Source: Eubacteriales bacterium
GTDB taxonomy: Bacteria > Bacillota > Clostridia > Oscillospirales > UBA644
Length of the DNA: 64,000 nucleotides
Reading direction: 5' to 3'
Assembly (NCBI GenBank): GCA_045603745.1
Contig: JAZUMQ010000032.1
Location: 7,133 to 71,132, forward strand
Within the stretch, counting starts at the first letter, position 1; each line of letters opens with the position of its first letter. Below the pieces are notes generated by a model. It did not search any database and was not told the origin of the DNA. It saw nothing but the letters and a program-made list of their open reading frames with translations. The position numbers and the translations under genes were made by a program. Of the stretch, positions 8,315 to 18,270 are shown piece by piece.

Positions 8315-9182
8315 ACAATACGACCTCTACCGTGCGGAAATAGAATCCTCTTTTTCTCACTTTTTGCCGGAACAACCCGACAATATCCTCGTGGATTCCA
8401 TGCGCTACAGTTTGCTCGCCGGCGGAAAACGAATCCGCCCCGTTTTGACCCTTGCTTGGTGTGAACTGTGCGGAGGAGCTCTTCATTCGGCTCTCCCCGC
8501 CGCCGCCGGGGTGGAAATGATTCATACTTATTCACTGATTCATGATGACCTTCCCTGCATGGATAACGACACCCTCCGTCGGGGCAGACCTACCAATCAC
8601 GTTATTTATGGGGAATATGTGGCGCTTCTTGCCGGAAACGGCTTATATGATAAGGCGCTGGAAACCGTTTTCGATTACGGAAAAGAATACGGACTTTCGG
8701 ATTCTGCAATTCTGCAATCGGTAAAAACCCTCTGTTCTGCCTCCGGGTTAAACGGAATTCTCACCGGGCAGGTTCTCGATATGAAGAATTCCGACGTCTC
8801 TGTTGACCGTTCCTATTTGGAACAGGTCAACGATTTAAAAACCGCTTCCATGCTCTCTGCCGCTTGCGTTCTCGGTTGTATTGCCGCCGGTGCCGACGAT
8901 AAAATCTGTGCTATCGCCGATGCCTACGGTCGCGCGGTGGGGCAAGCGTTCCAGATCCGTGACGATATTCTCGACGTAATCAGTACCTCGGACACGCTGG
9001 GCAAAACTCCCGGCAAAGATTCCGATGAAAACAAAACTACCTTCGTGGATCTTCTCGGTATGGACGGTGCTCAAAAAGAGGTGGAATTGCTGACCGCAAA
9101 GGCTCTTTCTCTTCTCGAGGCGTTCCCTGATCCTTCTTTTTTGCGGGAATTGACCCTTCGGATGTGCGGCCGTGAGACTTGA
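8298..9182 (+). CDS. ispA: Farnesyl/geranyl diphosphate synthase (polyprenyl synthetase)
   Basis: 294 aa; first Asp-rich motif HDDLPCMDNDTLRRG and second FQIRDDILD. Confidence 0.9.
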   Translation: MTTFDEQYDLYRAEIESSFSHFLPEQPDNILVDSMRYSLLAGGKRIRPVLTLAWCELCGGALHSALPAAAGVEMIHTYSLIHDDLPCMDNDTLRRGRPTNHVIYGEYVALLAGNGLYDKALETVFDYGKEYGLSDSAILQSVKTLCSASGLNGILTGQVLDMKNSDVSVDRSYLEQVNDLKTASMLSAACVLGCIAAGADDKICAIADAYGRAVGQAFQIRDDILDVISTSDTLGKTPGKDSDENKTTFVDLLGMDGAQKEVELLTAKALSLLEAFPDPSFLRELTLRMCGRET

Positions 9183-9933
9183 CGTTTATTTGGTGCAATC
9201 CAACCTTGCCGAAAGTCGGGAACGAGCTCAGGAATTGATTCGCTCGGGTGCTGTTTTTCGGAACGGACAAGTCTGCAAAAAGAACAGTACTGACGTTTCC
9301 GACACGGATCAGATTTCCGTTACTGACTCTCTGAAATACGTAGGTAGAGGTGGTTATAAACTGGAAAAAGCCTTGCGATCCTTTGCCATTTCTTTGTCCG
9401 GAAAAACCGTTCTTGACGTGGGGGCTTCCACCGGTGGATTTACCGATTGCGCTCTGCAAAACGGTGCGACGGAAGTGTATGCCGTAGACGTGGGGCACGA
9501 TCAACTTGCCCTTTCCCTTCGGTCGGATTCCCGGGTTCACAATTTGGAAGGAATCCACGTAAAGGATCTATCCCTTCATTATTACGGTACACCTGATTTT
9601 ATCTGTATTGACATCTCCTTTCTCTCTTTGGAAAAAGTGCTTCCCTATCTGGTGGAATATGCAAAAAACGCTGACGTTGTCGCTCTGGTTAAACCTCAAT
9701 TTGAGGTTCGCCACAAAAAGAGTGTAATCCGAGACCAAAAAATTCATCGTCAAGTACTCCGTTCCGTTATGGACGGTGCGATGGGGCTTGGATATACCGT
9801 TCAAGGTCTGGATTTTTCTCCGGTCAAAGGGACGGAAGGAAATATAGAATATCTTTTACATCTTCGTTTTTGCGGAACCAACGCCACGGTGGATCTTTCT
9901 TCTGTCGTGAAATCCGCTCACTCATCATTGTAA
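9172..9933 (+). CDS. tlyA: TlyA-family 16S/23S rRNA (cytidine-2'-O)-methyltransferase
   Basis: 253 aa; N-terminal S4 domain (RLDVYLVQ...SRERAQELI) and FtsJ-type MTase motif VLDVGASTGGFTD. Confidence 0.88.
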   Translation: MRLDVYLVQSNLAESRERAQELIRSGAVFRNGQVCKKNSTDVSDTDQISVTDSLKYVGRGGYKLEKALRSFAISLSGKTVLDVGASTGGFTDCALQNGATEVYAVDVGHDQLALSLRSDSRVHNLEGIHVKDLSLHYYGTPDFICIDISFLSLEKVLPYLVEYAKNADVVALVKPQFEVRHKKSVIRDQKIHRQVLRSVMDGAMGLGYTVQGLDFSPVKGTEGNIEYLLHLRFCGTNATVDLSSVVKSAHSSL

Positions 9934-9940
9934 TATTGGG

Positions 9941-10798
9941 GTGATATTATTGAATCAGCAACCGAAAATTTTGTTAGTCCCCAACCCGGCTCGGGATCAA
10001 GATTTGATCGTGACCCGTGCCGTTGCCGATCAATTAAAGACTTTTGGCGCGGACTTGCGTTGCACCGAACCGTTGTCCGGGATCGAGACTCTTTCCCCAT
10101 CGGAAGGTGCGCAATGGGCGGATTTCGCCATCGTTTTCGGCGGTGACGGAACGATTTTGCGCTTTTCTCACCAAGCTGCCCTGCACAACGTTCCCATTCT
10201 TGGGATCAATTGTGGGAATCTCGGCTATATGGCAGAATTGAATGGGGAAGCCCCTGACCGGTTGCAACGCTTATTTACCGGGGATTATACGCTGGAAGAA
10301 CGCATGATGCTTACCGCCCGGGTCGTTCGGAACGGAACCGAAATCTTCCGTGCCGATTGCCTTAACGATGCGGTGGTCTCCTACGGGAAACTGCCTCACC
10401 TCGTGTCCTTTGAACTCTCGGAGAGAGGACAGGTTTTCGCTTCTTATAACGCCGACGGTATGATTTTTTCCACCCCCACCGGCTCTACTGCTTATTCTCT
10501 ATCTGCCGGTGGTCCGATTGTAGACCCAATTCTGAAGGCGATTCTTGCAACCCCCGTTTGTGCCCATTCCCTGACGGCGCGGTCTACGGTCTTTTCCGCC
10601 GACGCCGAATTGTCCCTTAAGGTCTGCGCCCAGAAAAAAGGTGAGGCGTATTTGACCTTTGACGGAGAGCAAAATTACCTTTTGCGTACCGGTGACATAA
10701 TAGAAGTATCCGAATCCCCCCTCGTCACCAAACTGATCCGCTTTTCTCATGCACCCTTTGGTACGGTGCTTTCTGCGAAATTGAATCATAATAAATAG
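9941..10798 (+). CDS. nadK: NAD kinase
   Basis: 285 aa; GGDGT motif (VFGGDGTILR), NxGxLGF-like INCGNLGYM, STPTGSTAYSLSAGGPI. Start GTG 9941 or TTG 9950. Confidence 0.9.
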   Translation: MILLNQQPKILLVPNPARDQDLIVTRAVADQLKTFGADLRCTEPLSGIETLSPSEGAQWADFAIVFGGDGTILRFSHQAALHNVPILGINCGNLGYMAELNGEAPDRLQRLFTGDYTLEERMMLTARVVRNGTEIFRADCLNDAVVSYGKLPHLVSFELSERGQVFASYNADGMIFSTPTGSTAYSLSAGGPIVDPILKAILATPVCAHSLTARSTVFSADAELSLKVCAQKKGEAYLTFDGEQNYLLRTGDIIEVSESPLVTKLIRFSHAPFGTVLSAKLNHNK

Positions 10799-10812
10799 GA
10801 GAGATAAAACAC

Positions 10813-11283
10813 ATGAAAGTCAAAGAGAAACGCCAGGCACAGATTCTGAAGCTGATTTCTTCCACAGAAGTAGAGACACAAGAAGAAATCACGCTTTACC
10901 TGCAAAATCTCGGCTTTAAAGTCACCCAGGCAACGGTGTCCAGAGACATCAAAGACCTGAATCTGATTAAAACGGCGGGAGCGCAGAAACGTTATAAATA
11001 TATGGCGTCCGACCAGATTTCCGCGGACGTCCCCGATCGAAAAGACCGGTTTTCTGCCTTGGTTCGAGACGGTGTTCTTGACGTGCGTACCGCCCAACAA
11101 ATCGTTGTAATCCGTTGTCATTCCGGTATGGCGCAGGCGGTTGCCGCAGTCATTGACGGTGTCGATCATCCTGAAATTATCGGCTCGATTGCCGGTGACG
11201 ACACCATTTTTCTTGCGGCAGAGTCTTTGGAAGCCGCCGTTACTCTGCAGAATGAATTCCGGCAGATTATAAAGCAATCCTGA
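10813..11283 (+). CDS. argR: Arginine repressor
   Basis: 156 aa; winged-helix N-terminus (QEEITLYLQNLGFKVTQATVSRDIKDL) and C-terminal GSIAGDDTIF oligomerisation/Arg-binding motif. Confidence 0.92.
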   Translation: MKVKEKRQAQILKLISSTEVETQEEITLYLQNLGFKVTQATVSRDIKDLNLIKTAGAQKRYKYMASDQISADVPDRKDRFSALVRDGVLDVRTAQQIVVIRCHSGMAQAVAAVIDGVDHPEIIGSIAGDDTIFLAAESLEAAVTLQNEFRQIIKQS

Positions 11284-11294
11284 GGTGATGCAGT

Positions 11295-12962
11295 TTGCTC
11301 GAACGTCTTCATATTGAAAACCTTGCGGTCATCGAATCTGCCGATTTGGATCTTCGCCCGGGATTTTCGGTTCTGACCGGAGAGACCGGAGCCGGAAAGT
11401 CGGTGTTGATCCATTCCTTAAATCTCCTTTTGGGAGAACGTGTTGGGAAGGAAATCGTCCGTTCCGGTTGTTCCAAAGCCACGGTTTCCGGCTTATTTAC
11501 CGATCTTTCGGAAGAAACGATAACGCTTCTTCGAGATCAGGGGTTTGACGCAGAGGGCGAAGTCCTTCTTCAGCGGGAATTGACCAACGACGGAAAATCT
11601 TCCGTCCGAATCAACGGCAGACCCGCCACGGTTTCCATGTTGCGGGAAATTGCCGGTCGTCTGGTCAATATCCACGGTCAGCACGATAATCGCGCATTGC
11701 TAAATCCTGCTACCCATATCCGCTATTTGGATTCCTTTGCGAAAAACGACGAAATCCGCAAACGTTACGAAACTGTTTTTTCGGAATTAAAGCAAATTCT
11801 TCGCCGTATTTCCGAAATCAATACCGACGAACAAACTCGTATGCAGAAAATTGATCTTTTATCCTATCAGATCAATGAAATTGAATCTGCTGACCTAAAA
11901 CCCGGAGAAGAAGAATCCTTGGATCAACGTCGTTCCGTTCTCTCCAATGCGGAAAAAATTGAATCTTCTCTTGCTTCTGCTTATGCTCTTTGTTCCGGGG
12001 AAAATAATGCCCGGGAAAAGTTGGGACAAGCCTGCTACGACTTGGAAAATGTTGCATCTTTTGATTCCCGTCTTTCGGAACTTTCTCAACGTTTGACCTC
12101 TCTCTCCGATCAGTTGGACGACCTGTCCGCGGATCTTCGGGAATTTTTGGAAGGACAATCCTTTGACCCCTCGGAACTCAATGAGGTGGAAGAGCGGCTA
12201 GACCTGATTTATCGCTTAAAACGAAAGTACGGTTCTTCGGTGGAAGAAATTCTCGAATTTCGCGACAAAGCCGCCGCAGAATTGGAATTAATCAATACTT
12301 CCGCAGAACAGATCAATGAATTAAACCTGAAAAAAGGTCGCCTATACGAAGAATTGAAAACCGTTGCTTCGGAACTGACCGAATCCCGGAAAAAAGCAGG
12401 GAAGTCGCTGGAAGGAATTCTTACGGAACAATTGGAATTTCTCGATATGCCAAATACTGGTTTTTGTGTGAAAATCGACCCTGCCGGGACCTTTACACCC
12501 AAGGGGGCGGACGTTGTCGAATTTCTTCTTTCCGCAAATTTGGGAGAAGACCTTCGACCTCTCTCTAAAATCGCTTCTGGGGGCGAGTTGTCTCGCATTA
12601 TGCTGAGTATGAAAACCTGCCTTACGTTAGAAGAAGATGCGGAAACCTTGATCTTCGATGAAATTGACACCGGCATCAGCGGAAAAGCTGCAGAGAAAGT
12701 TGCTATGAAATTAAAGGAAATTTCCGAAGGAAAGCAGGTTGTGGTGGTTACACACCTTGCCCAGATCGCCGCTTACGCCCACGAACATTTTCTCATCGAA
12801 AAATCTGTTTCCGATAACCGTACTTATACTACGGTCGAACCTCTTGACAATTCCGGCCGTATCGGAGAATTGGCTCGGATTATCGGTGGTATTTCCCCCA
12901 CGCAAGCGACCCTTGCCGCCGCAGAAGATCTATTGCGTACCGGCAGTGGGCTGAATCAGTAA
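11295..12962 (+). CDS. recN: DNA repair protein RecN
   Basis: 555 aa; MLERLHIENLAVIE, Walker A GETGAGKS, coiled-coil middle, signature SGGELSR, Walker B LIFDEIDTG; TTG start with GAGGTGA SD. Confidence 0.93.
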   Translation: MLERLHIENLAVIESADLDLRPGFSVLTGETGAGKSVLIHSLNLLLGERVGKEIVRSGCSKATVSGLFTDLSEETITLLRDQGFDAEGEVLLQRELTNDGKSSVRINGRPATVSMLREIAGRLVNIHGQHDNRALLNPATHIRYLDSFAKNDEIRKRYETVFSELKQILRRISEINTDEQTRMQKIDLLSYQINEIESADLKPGEEESLDQRRSVLSNAEKIESSLASAYALCSGENNAREKLGQACYDLENVASFDSRLSELSQRLTSLSDQLDDLSADLREFLEGQSFDPSELNEVEERLDLIYRLKRKYGSSVEEILEFRDKAAAELELINTSAEQINELNLKKGRLYEELKTVASELTESRKKAGKSLEGILTEQLEFLDMPNTGFCVKIDPAGTFTPKGADVVEFLLSANLGEDLRPLSKIASGGELSRIMLSMKTCLTLEEDAETLIFDEIDTGISGKAAEKVAMKLKEISEGKQVVVVTHLAQIAAYAHEHFLIEKSVSDNRTYTTVEPLDNSGRIGELARIIGGISPTQATLAAAEDLLRTGSGLNQ

Positions 12963-13005
12963 AATTTTACCTATACATAGACACAAGAAAGGATTTTTTT
13001 CTCTC

Positions 13006-15636
13006 ATGCAAAACCTGGAAAAGAACTACGATCCCGCGTTGATCGAGGACAAAATCTATAAAATGTGGAACGATAGCGGTTGTTTTAAAGCTGAAGTCGA
13101 TTCCGAAAAGGATCCCTATACCATCGTTATTCCCCCGCCGAATATTACCGGACAGTTGCACATGGGACACGCCCTGGACAACACCTTGCAGGATATTCTG
13201 ATCCGATATAAACGTATGTGCGGATACGCCACTCTTTGGCTTCCCGGTACGGACCATGCGTCCATCGCTACCGAAGCCAAGATCGTGGAGGCAATGCGAA
13301 AGGAAGGCATCTCCAAGGACGACATCGGCAGAGAAGGCTTTTTGGAACGTGCTTGGGCTTGGAAAGAAACTTATGGGGGTAGGATTATCGAGCAGTTGAA
13401 AAAGCTCGGTTCTTCCTGTGACTGGTCCAGAGAACGTTTTACCTTAGACGAAGGTTGTTCTAAGGCGGTTCTTGACGTCTTTATGCACCTTTATGAAAAG
13501 GGCTTGATCTATCGTGGAGAACGCATCATTAACTGGTGTCCTCATTGCCTGACTTCCATCTCTGACGCCGAAGTAGAATTTGAGGAACAACAAGGACATT
13601 TTTGGCATCTTCGCTATCCTCTCGAAGACGGTTCCGGTTATCTGGAATTGGCGACTACCCGCCCCGAAACCTTGCTGGGCGATACTGCCGTTGCCGTCAA
13701 TCCGAAAGATGAGCGGTATAAAGATTTGGTCGGCAAATATCTGATTCTTCCCTTGGTCGGACGCCGGATTCCCATCATCGCCGACGATTACGTGGAACAG
13801 GATTTCGGTACCGGTGTCGTAAAGATTACCCCCGCCCACGACCCCAACGACTTTGAGGTCGGAGCTCGCCACGGTCTGGAAGTAATCAACGTCATGACCG
13901 ACGACGCTAAGATTACCGCCGATTATCCCAAATACGCCGGTATGGATCGTTACGAGGCCCGCAAAGCCATCGTTGCCGATCTGGAAGAAGGCGGATTCCT
14001 CGTTCGGATCGAAAATTATGCCCACAACGTCGGCACCTGTTACCGTTGTGGAACTACCGTGGAACCCCGAGTTTCCAAGCAATGGTTCGTCGCCATGGAA
14101 ACCCTTGCAAAACCCGCTATCGATGCGGTTCGCAACGGCGATATTAAGTTCGTTCCCGAACGCTTTGAAAAGAACTATTTCCATTGGATGGAAAATATCC
14201 GTGACTGGTGTATTTCCCGGCAGTTGTGGTGGGGACATCGGATTCCTGCCTATTATTGCGACGATCCCGATTGCGGCGAAATGATCGTTGCAAAAGAACC
14301 TGTTACCGTCTGTCCAAAGTGCGGAAAACCCATGCATCAAGACCCCGATACCCTCGATACTTGGTTCTCTTCCGCCCTGTGGCCTTTCTCTACCTTGGGT
14401 TGGCCTGAGGATACCGAAGATCTGCGGTATTTTTATCCTACCTCCACCCTCGTCACCGGCTACGATATTATTACGTTCTGGGTATCCCGCATGATCTTCT
14501 CCGGCTTGGAATACACCGGAAAAGCCCCCTTCCGGAACGTTTTGATTCATGGACTTGTTCGGGACGCGCAAGGACGTAAAATGTCCAAATCTTTGGGCAA
14601 CGGCATCGATCCTCTGGAGATTATCCGGGATTACGGTGCAGACGCCCTTCGCTTTACCCTCGTCACCGGAAACGCTCCCGGAAACGATATGCGTTTCAGC
14701 AACGAAGGCGTGGAATCTTCTCGAAACTTTGCCAACAAACTTTGGAACGCCACCCGCTTTGCCCTCACCTATCTGACCCAGGACGAAGTAGAGCTTCCCA
14801 CCGAACTCCAGCCGGAAGATAAGTGGATTCTTCACAAGTTGAATCGCGTCACTGCCGACGTTCGGGAAAACCTCGAAAAATTTGAATTGGGTATTGCCGC
14901 TCAGAAGCTTTACGATTTCGTCTGGGACGATCTGTGTGACTGGTATATCGAATTGATCAAACCCCGTCTCTTTGAGACCAATACCGACGAATCTACCCGG
15001 TCTTCCGCCCAAAACACCATCGGTTACGTTTTAGTTCGCACCTTGGAATTGCTTCACCCCTTCATGCCCTTTATCACCGAAGAGCTTTATAATTCCGTTC
15101 CTCATATCAAGGGCATGGGCGATATTCTGATGATGCAAGAATATCCTTCCTATTCCGCAGATCTTGAATTCCCAGCCGAAGCGGAACAGATGGGTTATTT
15201 GATGGATTTGATCAAACAGGTTCGTCAGTTGCGTCAAAAGATGGGCGTTCCCTTCTCTCGGAAAACCAATCTTTACCTCGTCACCGAACACCCCGACACC
15301 TATCGTGCCGGTACGGAATACCTCAAACGTCTTGCAGCCGCCTCGGACATTTCCTTTGAGGCTCTTTCCGGCGATGTCAATGCTGCGACCGTTGTTACGT
15401 CCGATGCCAAGGTATTCATTCCCTTGGGTGAATTGGTCGACGTGGAAAAGGAAAAAGCACGTCTTGAAAAAGAAAAAGAAAAGCTTCTTGCCGACATTTC
15501 CCGTATTGATGCCAAATTAAATAACCCCGGATTCGTCAACAAAGCCCCTGAAAAGGTTGTAAACGACGAACGTGCCAAGCGGGAAACTTTGGCTCGTCAA
15601 TTGGCAAACGTGGAAGACGTTTATTCTAAACTGTGA
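13006..15636 (+). CDS. valS: Valine--tRNA ligase
   Basis: 876 aa; HIGH-type motif PPPNITGQLHMGHAL, KMSKS, C-terminal coiled coil. Confidence 0.97.
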   Translation: MQNLEKNYDPALIEDKIYKMWNDSGCFKAEVDSEKDPYTIVIPPPNITGQLHMGHALDNTLQDILIRYKRMCGYATLWLPGTDHASIATEAKIVEAMRKEGISKDDIGREGFLERAWAWKETYGGRIIEQLKKLGSSCDWSRERFTLDEGCSKAVLDVFMHLYEKGLIYRGERIINWCPHCLTSISDAEVEFEEQQGHFWHLRYPLEDGSGYLELATTRPETLLGDTAVAVNPKDERYKDLVGKYLILPLVGRRIPIIADDYVEQDFGTGVVKITPAHDPNDFEVGARHGLEVINVMTDDAKITADYPKYAGMDRYEARKAIVADLEEGGFLVRIENYAHNVGTCYRCGTTVEPRVSKQWFVAMETLAKPAIDAVRNGDIKFVPERFEKNYFHWMENIRDWCISRQLWWGHRIPAYYCDDPDCGEMIVAKEPVTVCPKCGKPMHQDPDTLDTWFSSALWPFSTLGWPEDTEDLRYFYPTSTLVTGYDIITFWVSRMIFSGLEYTGKAPFRNVLIHGLVRDAQGRKMSKSLGNGIDPLEIIRDYGADALRFTLVTGNAPGNDMRFSNEGVESSRNFANKLWNATRFALTYLTQDEVELPTELQPEDKWILHKLNRVTADVRENLEKFELGIAAQKLYDFVWDDLCDWYIELIKPRLFETNTDESTRSSAQNTIGYVLVRTLELLHPFMPFITEELYNSVPHIKGMGDILMMQEYPSYSADLEFPAEAEQMGYLMDLIKQVRQLRQKMGVPFSRKTNLYLVTEHPDTYRAGTEYLKRLAAASDISFEALSGDVNAATVVTSDAKVFIPLGELVDVEKEKARLEKEKEKLLADISRIDAKLNNPGFVNKAPEKVVNDERAKRETLARQLANVEDVYSKL

Positions 15637-15645
15637 TCCCGTCCG

Positions 15646-15686
15646 CGGGGAAGGAAGCCCAACTTCTTTCCCCGTTTGTGGTTTTT
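15646..15686 (+). terminator. Intrinsic terminator after valS
   Basis: CGGGGAAGGAAG-cccaa-CTTCTTTCCCCG stem (one G-U pair) followed by TTTGTGGTTTTT. Confidence 0.7.
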
Positions 15687-15770
15687 CTGTTTCAAAAGTG
15701 AAAATATTTGTGGAACCCCTTGCTATTTTGATTATAATATGTTAAAATATATGTTACAGGTGATTTTACC

Positions 15771-16991
15771 GTGAGTATCGTCGTCATTGGTGCCGGGCCG
15801 TCCGGTATGATGTGTGCCGCCACTGCCGCCATGAACGGGGCAGAGGTGATTCTTGTGGAGCGTAACGACCGTTGCGGCCGCAAGTTGGGCATTACCGGAA
15901 AAGGCAGATGCAACGTGACCAACGCCTGCTCCCGGGACGAATTTCTGAAAAACGTGGTCAACAATCCCCGCTTTCTCTATAGCGCTCTGTCTACATTTTC
16001 TACGGAAGATGTTATGGCGTTTTTTGAATCCTTGGGTGTTCCTTTGAAGGTGGAACGGGGAAATCGGGTTTTCCCGGTCAGCGACAAAGCATCGGACATC
16101 GTATCTTCGTTGCAAAAGTTTTGCACCGATTGTGGTGTTGAAATTCGCAAAGGTTTCGTGAATCGAATCCTTACGACCGATTCTGCCGTTACCGGCGTTC
16201 GTCTTTCTGACGGAACGACTATTTCTTGTGATAAGGTCTGCATCGCTTGTGGCGGCGCTTCCTATCCGGGCACCGGTTCCGACGGAAACGGATTTCGGTT
16301 GGCACAGGAATGCGGTCATTCGATCGTTCCCCCACGTCCGTCGCTGGTTCCTTGGGAAGTGGAAGAATTGGAATTTTGCCGCTCTCTGCAAGGATTGTCT
16401 CTGAAAAACACCGCCCTTCGAGTGGAACAGGAAGGCAAAACCGTTTTTTCGGACTTCGGAGAAATGATGTTTACCCATTTCGGCGTTACCGGACCGATGA
16501 TTCTTACCGCAAGTACGGTTTTGAAACCGGGAATGAAACTTCACCTGGACTTGAAACCTGCCTTGACCGAAGAGCAACTGGATAAGAGACTCCTTTCGGA
16601 TTTTGAAAAATACCGATTGAAGAATCTTGCCAATGCCTTCGATGATCTTCTTCCTTCCAAGTTGATCCTTCCGTTCCTTTCCTTGTGCGGGCTTGATTCC
16701 ACCGAGAAAGTTCACACCCTTACCAAGGAACAACGGAAAGAAATTCTCCACAATCTGAAAGATCTTCCCTTAATCGCGAAAAATCCTCGTCCCATTGCCG
16801 AGGCAATCGTAACCGCCGGTGGAGTTTCGGTCTCTCAGATAGATCCCCGAACCATGGCTTCCAAAGTGTGCCCCGGTCTTTATTTTTGTGGCGAGGTTCT
16901 TGATGTGGACGCCTATACCGGCGGGTTCAATCTTCAAATTGCATTTTCCACCGGTTATCTTGCCGGTCTTGCCCTGGCGGAAATTCGCTGA
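15771..16991 (+). CDS. NAD(P)/FAD-dependent oxidoreductase, HI0933/BaiN/RdsA family
   Basis: 406 aa; Rossmann N-terminus VVIGAGPSGMMCA, GITGKGRCNVTN and C-terminal GLYFCGEVLDVDAYTGGFNLQ characteristic of the HI0933-like family; GTG start. Confidence 0.85.
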   Translation: MSIVVIGAGPSGMMCAATAAMNGAEVILVERNDRCGRKLGITGKGRCNVTNACSRDEFLKNVVNNPRFLYSALSTFSTEDVMAFFESLGVPLKVERGNRVFPVSDKASDIVSSLQKFCTDCGVEIRKGFVNRILTTDSAVTGVRLSDGTTISCDKVCIACGGASYPGTGSDGNGFRLAQECGHSIVPPRPSLVPWEVEELEFCRSLQGLSLKNTALRVEQEGKTVFSDFGEMMFTHFGVTGPMILTASTVLKPGMKLHLDLKPALTEEQLDKRLLSDFEKYRLKNLANAFDDLLPSKLILPFLSLCGLDSTEKVHTLTKEQRKEILHNLKDLPLIAKNPRPIAEAIVTAGGVSVSQIDPRTMASKVCPGLYFCGEVLDVDAYTGGFNLQIAFSTGYLAGLALAEIR

Positions 16992-17018
16992 GGGACTAAT
17001 ATCAGGAGGTGTTCTTTT

Positions 17019-17687
17019 ATGGTCAGTATTGCCGTAGACGGTCCCAGCGGATCGGGAAAGAGCAGCCTTGCAAAAAACATCTCCAAACAGTTCGGGATCC
17101 TTTACCTTGATACCGGAGCTCTTTATCGAGCGATCGGATATACGACCTTGAAACGTTTCGGTGAGAATTTCTCCGAAGAACAGGTCTGCGCCTTGCTTCC
17201 GTCTTTGACGGTGGATCTTCGCTATGAAGACGCTGTCCAGCACGTATACGTGAATGGGGAAGACGTTTCCTCTTTTCTCCGTACGCAACCGGTTGCAATG
17301 GCAGCTTCCAAAGTTTCCGCATTCCCCCCGGTTCGAGCCTTTCTTTTAGATCTTCAACGAAATATCGCCGCGAAAAACGACGTGATCATGGACGGCAGAG
17401 ACGTGGGAACGGTTATTCTTCCAAACGCTGACGTGAAGATTTTTCTGAACGCAAAGCCGGAAGTTCGCGCCGCTCGCCGCGTAGGTGAACTTGCCGAAAA
17501 AGGAATCTCTGCGGATTTCGATACGGTTTTGGCAGAAGTGTTACAACGGGATCACAACGATATGACCCGTGCCGTCGCCCCTCTGAAACAAGCAGACGAT
17601 GCGGTTCTTTTGGATAATTCCGAATTGAACGCCGCAGACACCGTCTCCGCAGCCTTGAAGATCATAAGGAGCAAGGTCTCGCTATGA
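17019..17687 (+). CDS. cmk: Cytidylate kinase
   Basis: 222 aa; P-loop IAVDGPSGSGKSS, DTGALYRA, MDGRDVGTV. Confidence 0.93.
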   Translation: MVSIAVDGPSGSGKSSLAKNISKQFGILYLDTGALYRAIGYTTLKRFGENFSEEQVCALLPSLTVDLRYEDAVQHVYVNGEDVSSFLRTQPVAMAASKVSAFPPVRAFLLDLQRNIAAKNDVIMDGRDVGTVILPNADVKIFLNAKPEVRAARRVGELAEKGISADFDTVLAEVLQRDHNDMTRAVAPLKQADDAVLLDNSELNAADTVSAALKIIRSKVSL

Positions 17688-18262
17688 TGTTGTATAAAGT
17701 TGTAAAAGCCATCTTCACCTTTTATTTTCACGTGTTTAACCGCTTGATTATCAAGGGGAAAGAACATGAAGTCGCCGAAGGACCGGTCATCGTTTTCGGA
17801 AACCATTATTCCAATTTGGACGTGTTTCTCATGACCGTGGCGCTAAAACGGCAGATTCGCTTTATGGGGAAGCATACTTTGTTTAATCCCTTTTTGGGCC
17901 CTCTTGCCCGCGCCTTCGGTGCGTTTCCTATTGATCGCACTCGGGTCGACTTGACGGCGACGAAAACGGCTCTTCGTATTTTGAAGAACGGCGAAGTTCT
18001 TGGAATCTTTCCGGAAGGAACCCGCATTAAAGGAAATAAGATCTCCGATCCCAAAGGCGGCATTGCCATGTTCGCTTGGAAAACAAAATCCCCGGTGTTG
18101 CCCGTCCACGTGGAATATCGCCGTCGGTTTCATTTCTTAAACCACATTGAATTGACCATCGGCGAACCCATTCCCGCCTCGGAATTAGGTATCGAAAAAG
18201 GTACGCCGGAAGAATACAAAGCCGCAAGTGAACGATTGATCGATCGGGTTTATTCCCTTTGA
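17684..18262 (+). CDS. plsC: 1-acyl-sn-glycerol-3-phosphate acyltransferase
   Basis: 192 aa; HxxxxD motif NHYSNLD and FPEGTR motif. Confidence 0.88.
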   Translation: MMLYKVVKAIFTFYFHVFNRLIIKGKEHEVAEGPVIVFGNHYSNLDVFLMTVALKRQIRFMGKHTLFNPFLGPLARAFGAFPIDRTRVDLTATKTALRILKNGEVLGIFPEGTRIKGNKISDPKGGIAMFAWKTKSPVLPVHVEYRRRFHFLNHIELTIGEPIPASELGIEKGTPEEYKAASERLIDRVYSL

Positions 18263-18270
18263 GGTTTTTT

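Noticed and set aside
12963-13005. Expected T-box leader upstream of valS (also checked 32197-32496 upstream of metG)
   Set aside because: Only 43 nt separate recN and valS. The metG upstream region contains a promoter but no specifier-loop or T-box (AGGGTGGNACCGCG-like) sequence. No riboswitch-like conservation is visible.
15771-16991. BaiN-family flavoprotein as evidence of a bile-acid pathway
   Set aside because: HI0933/BaiN-like proteins are widespread housekeeping flavoproteins. This one sits between valS and cmk with core-like composition and no other bai genes nearby.
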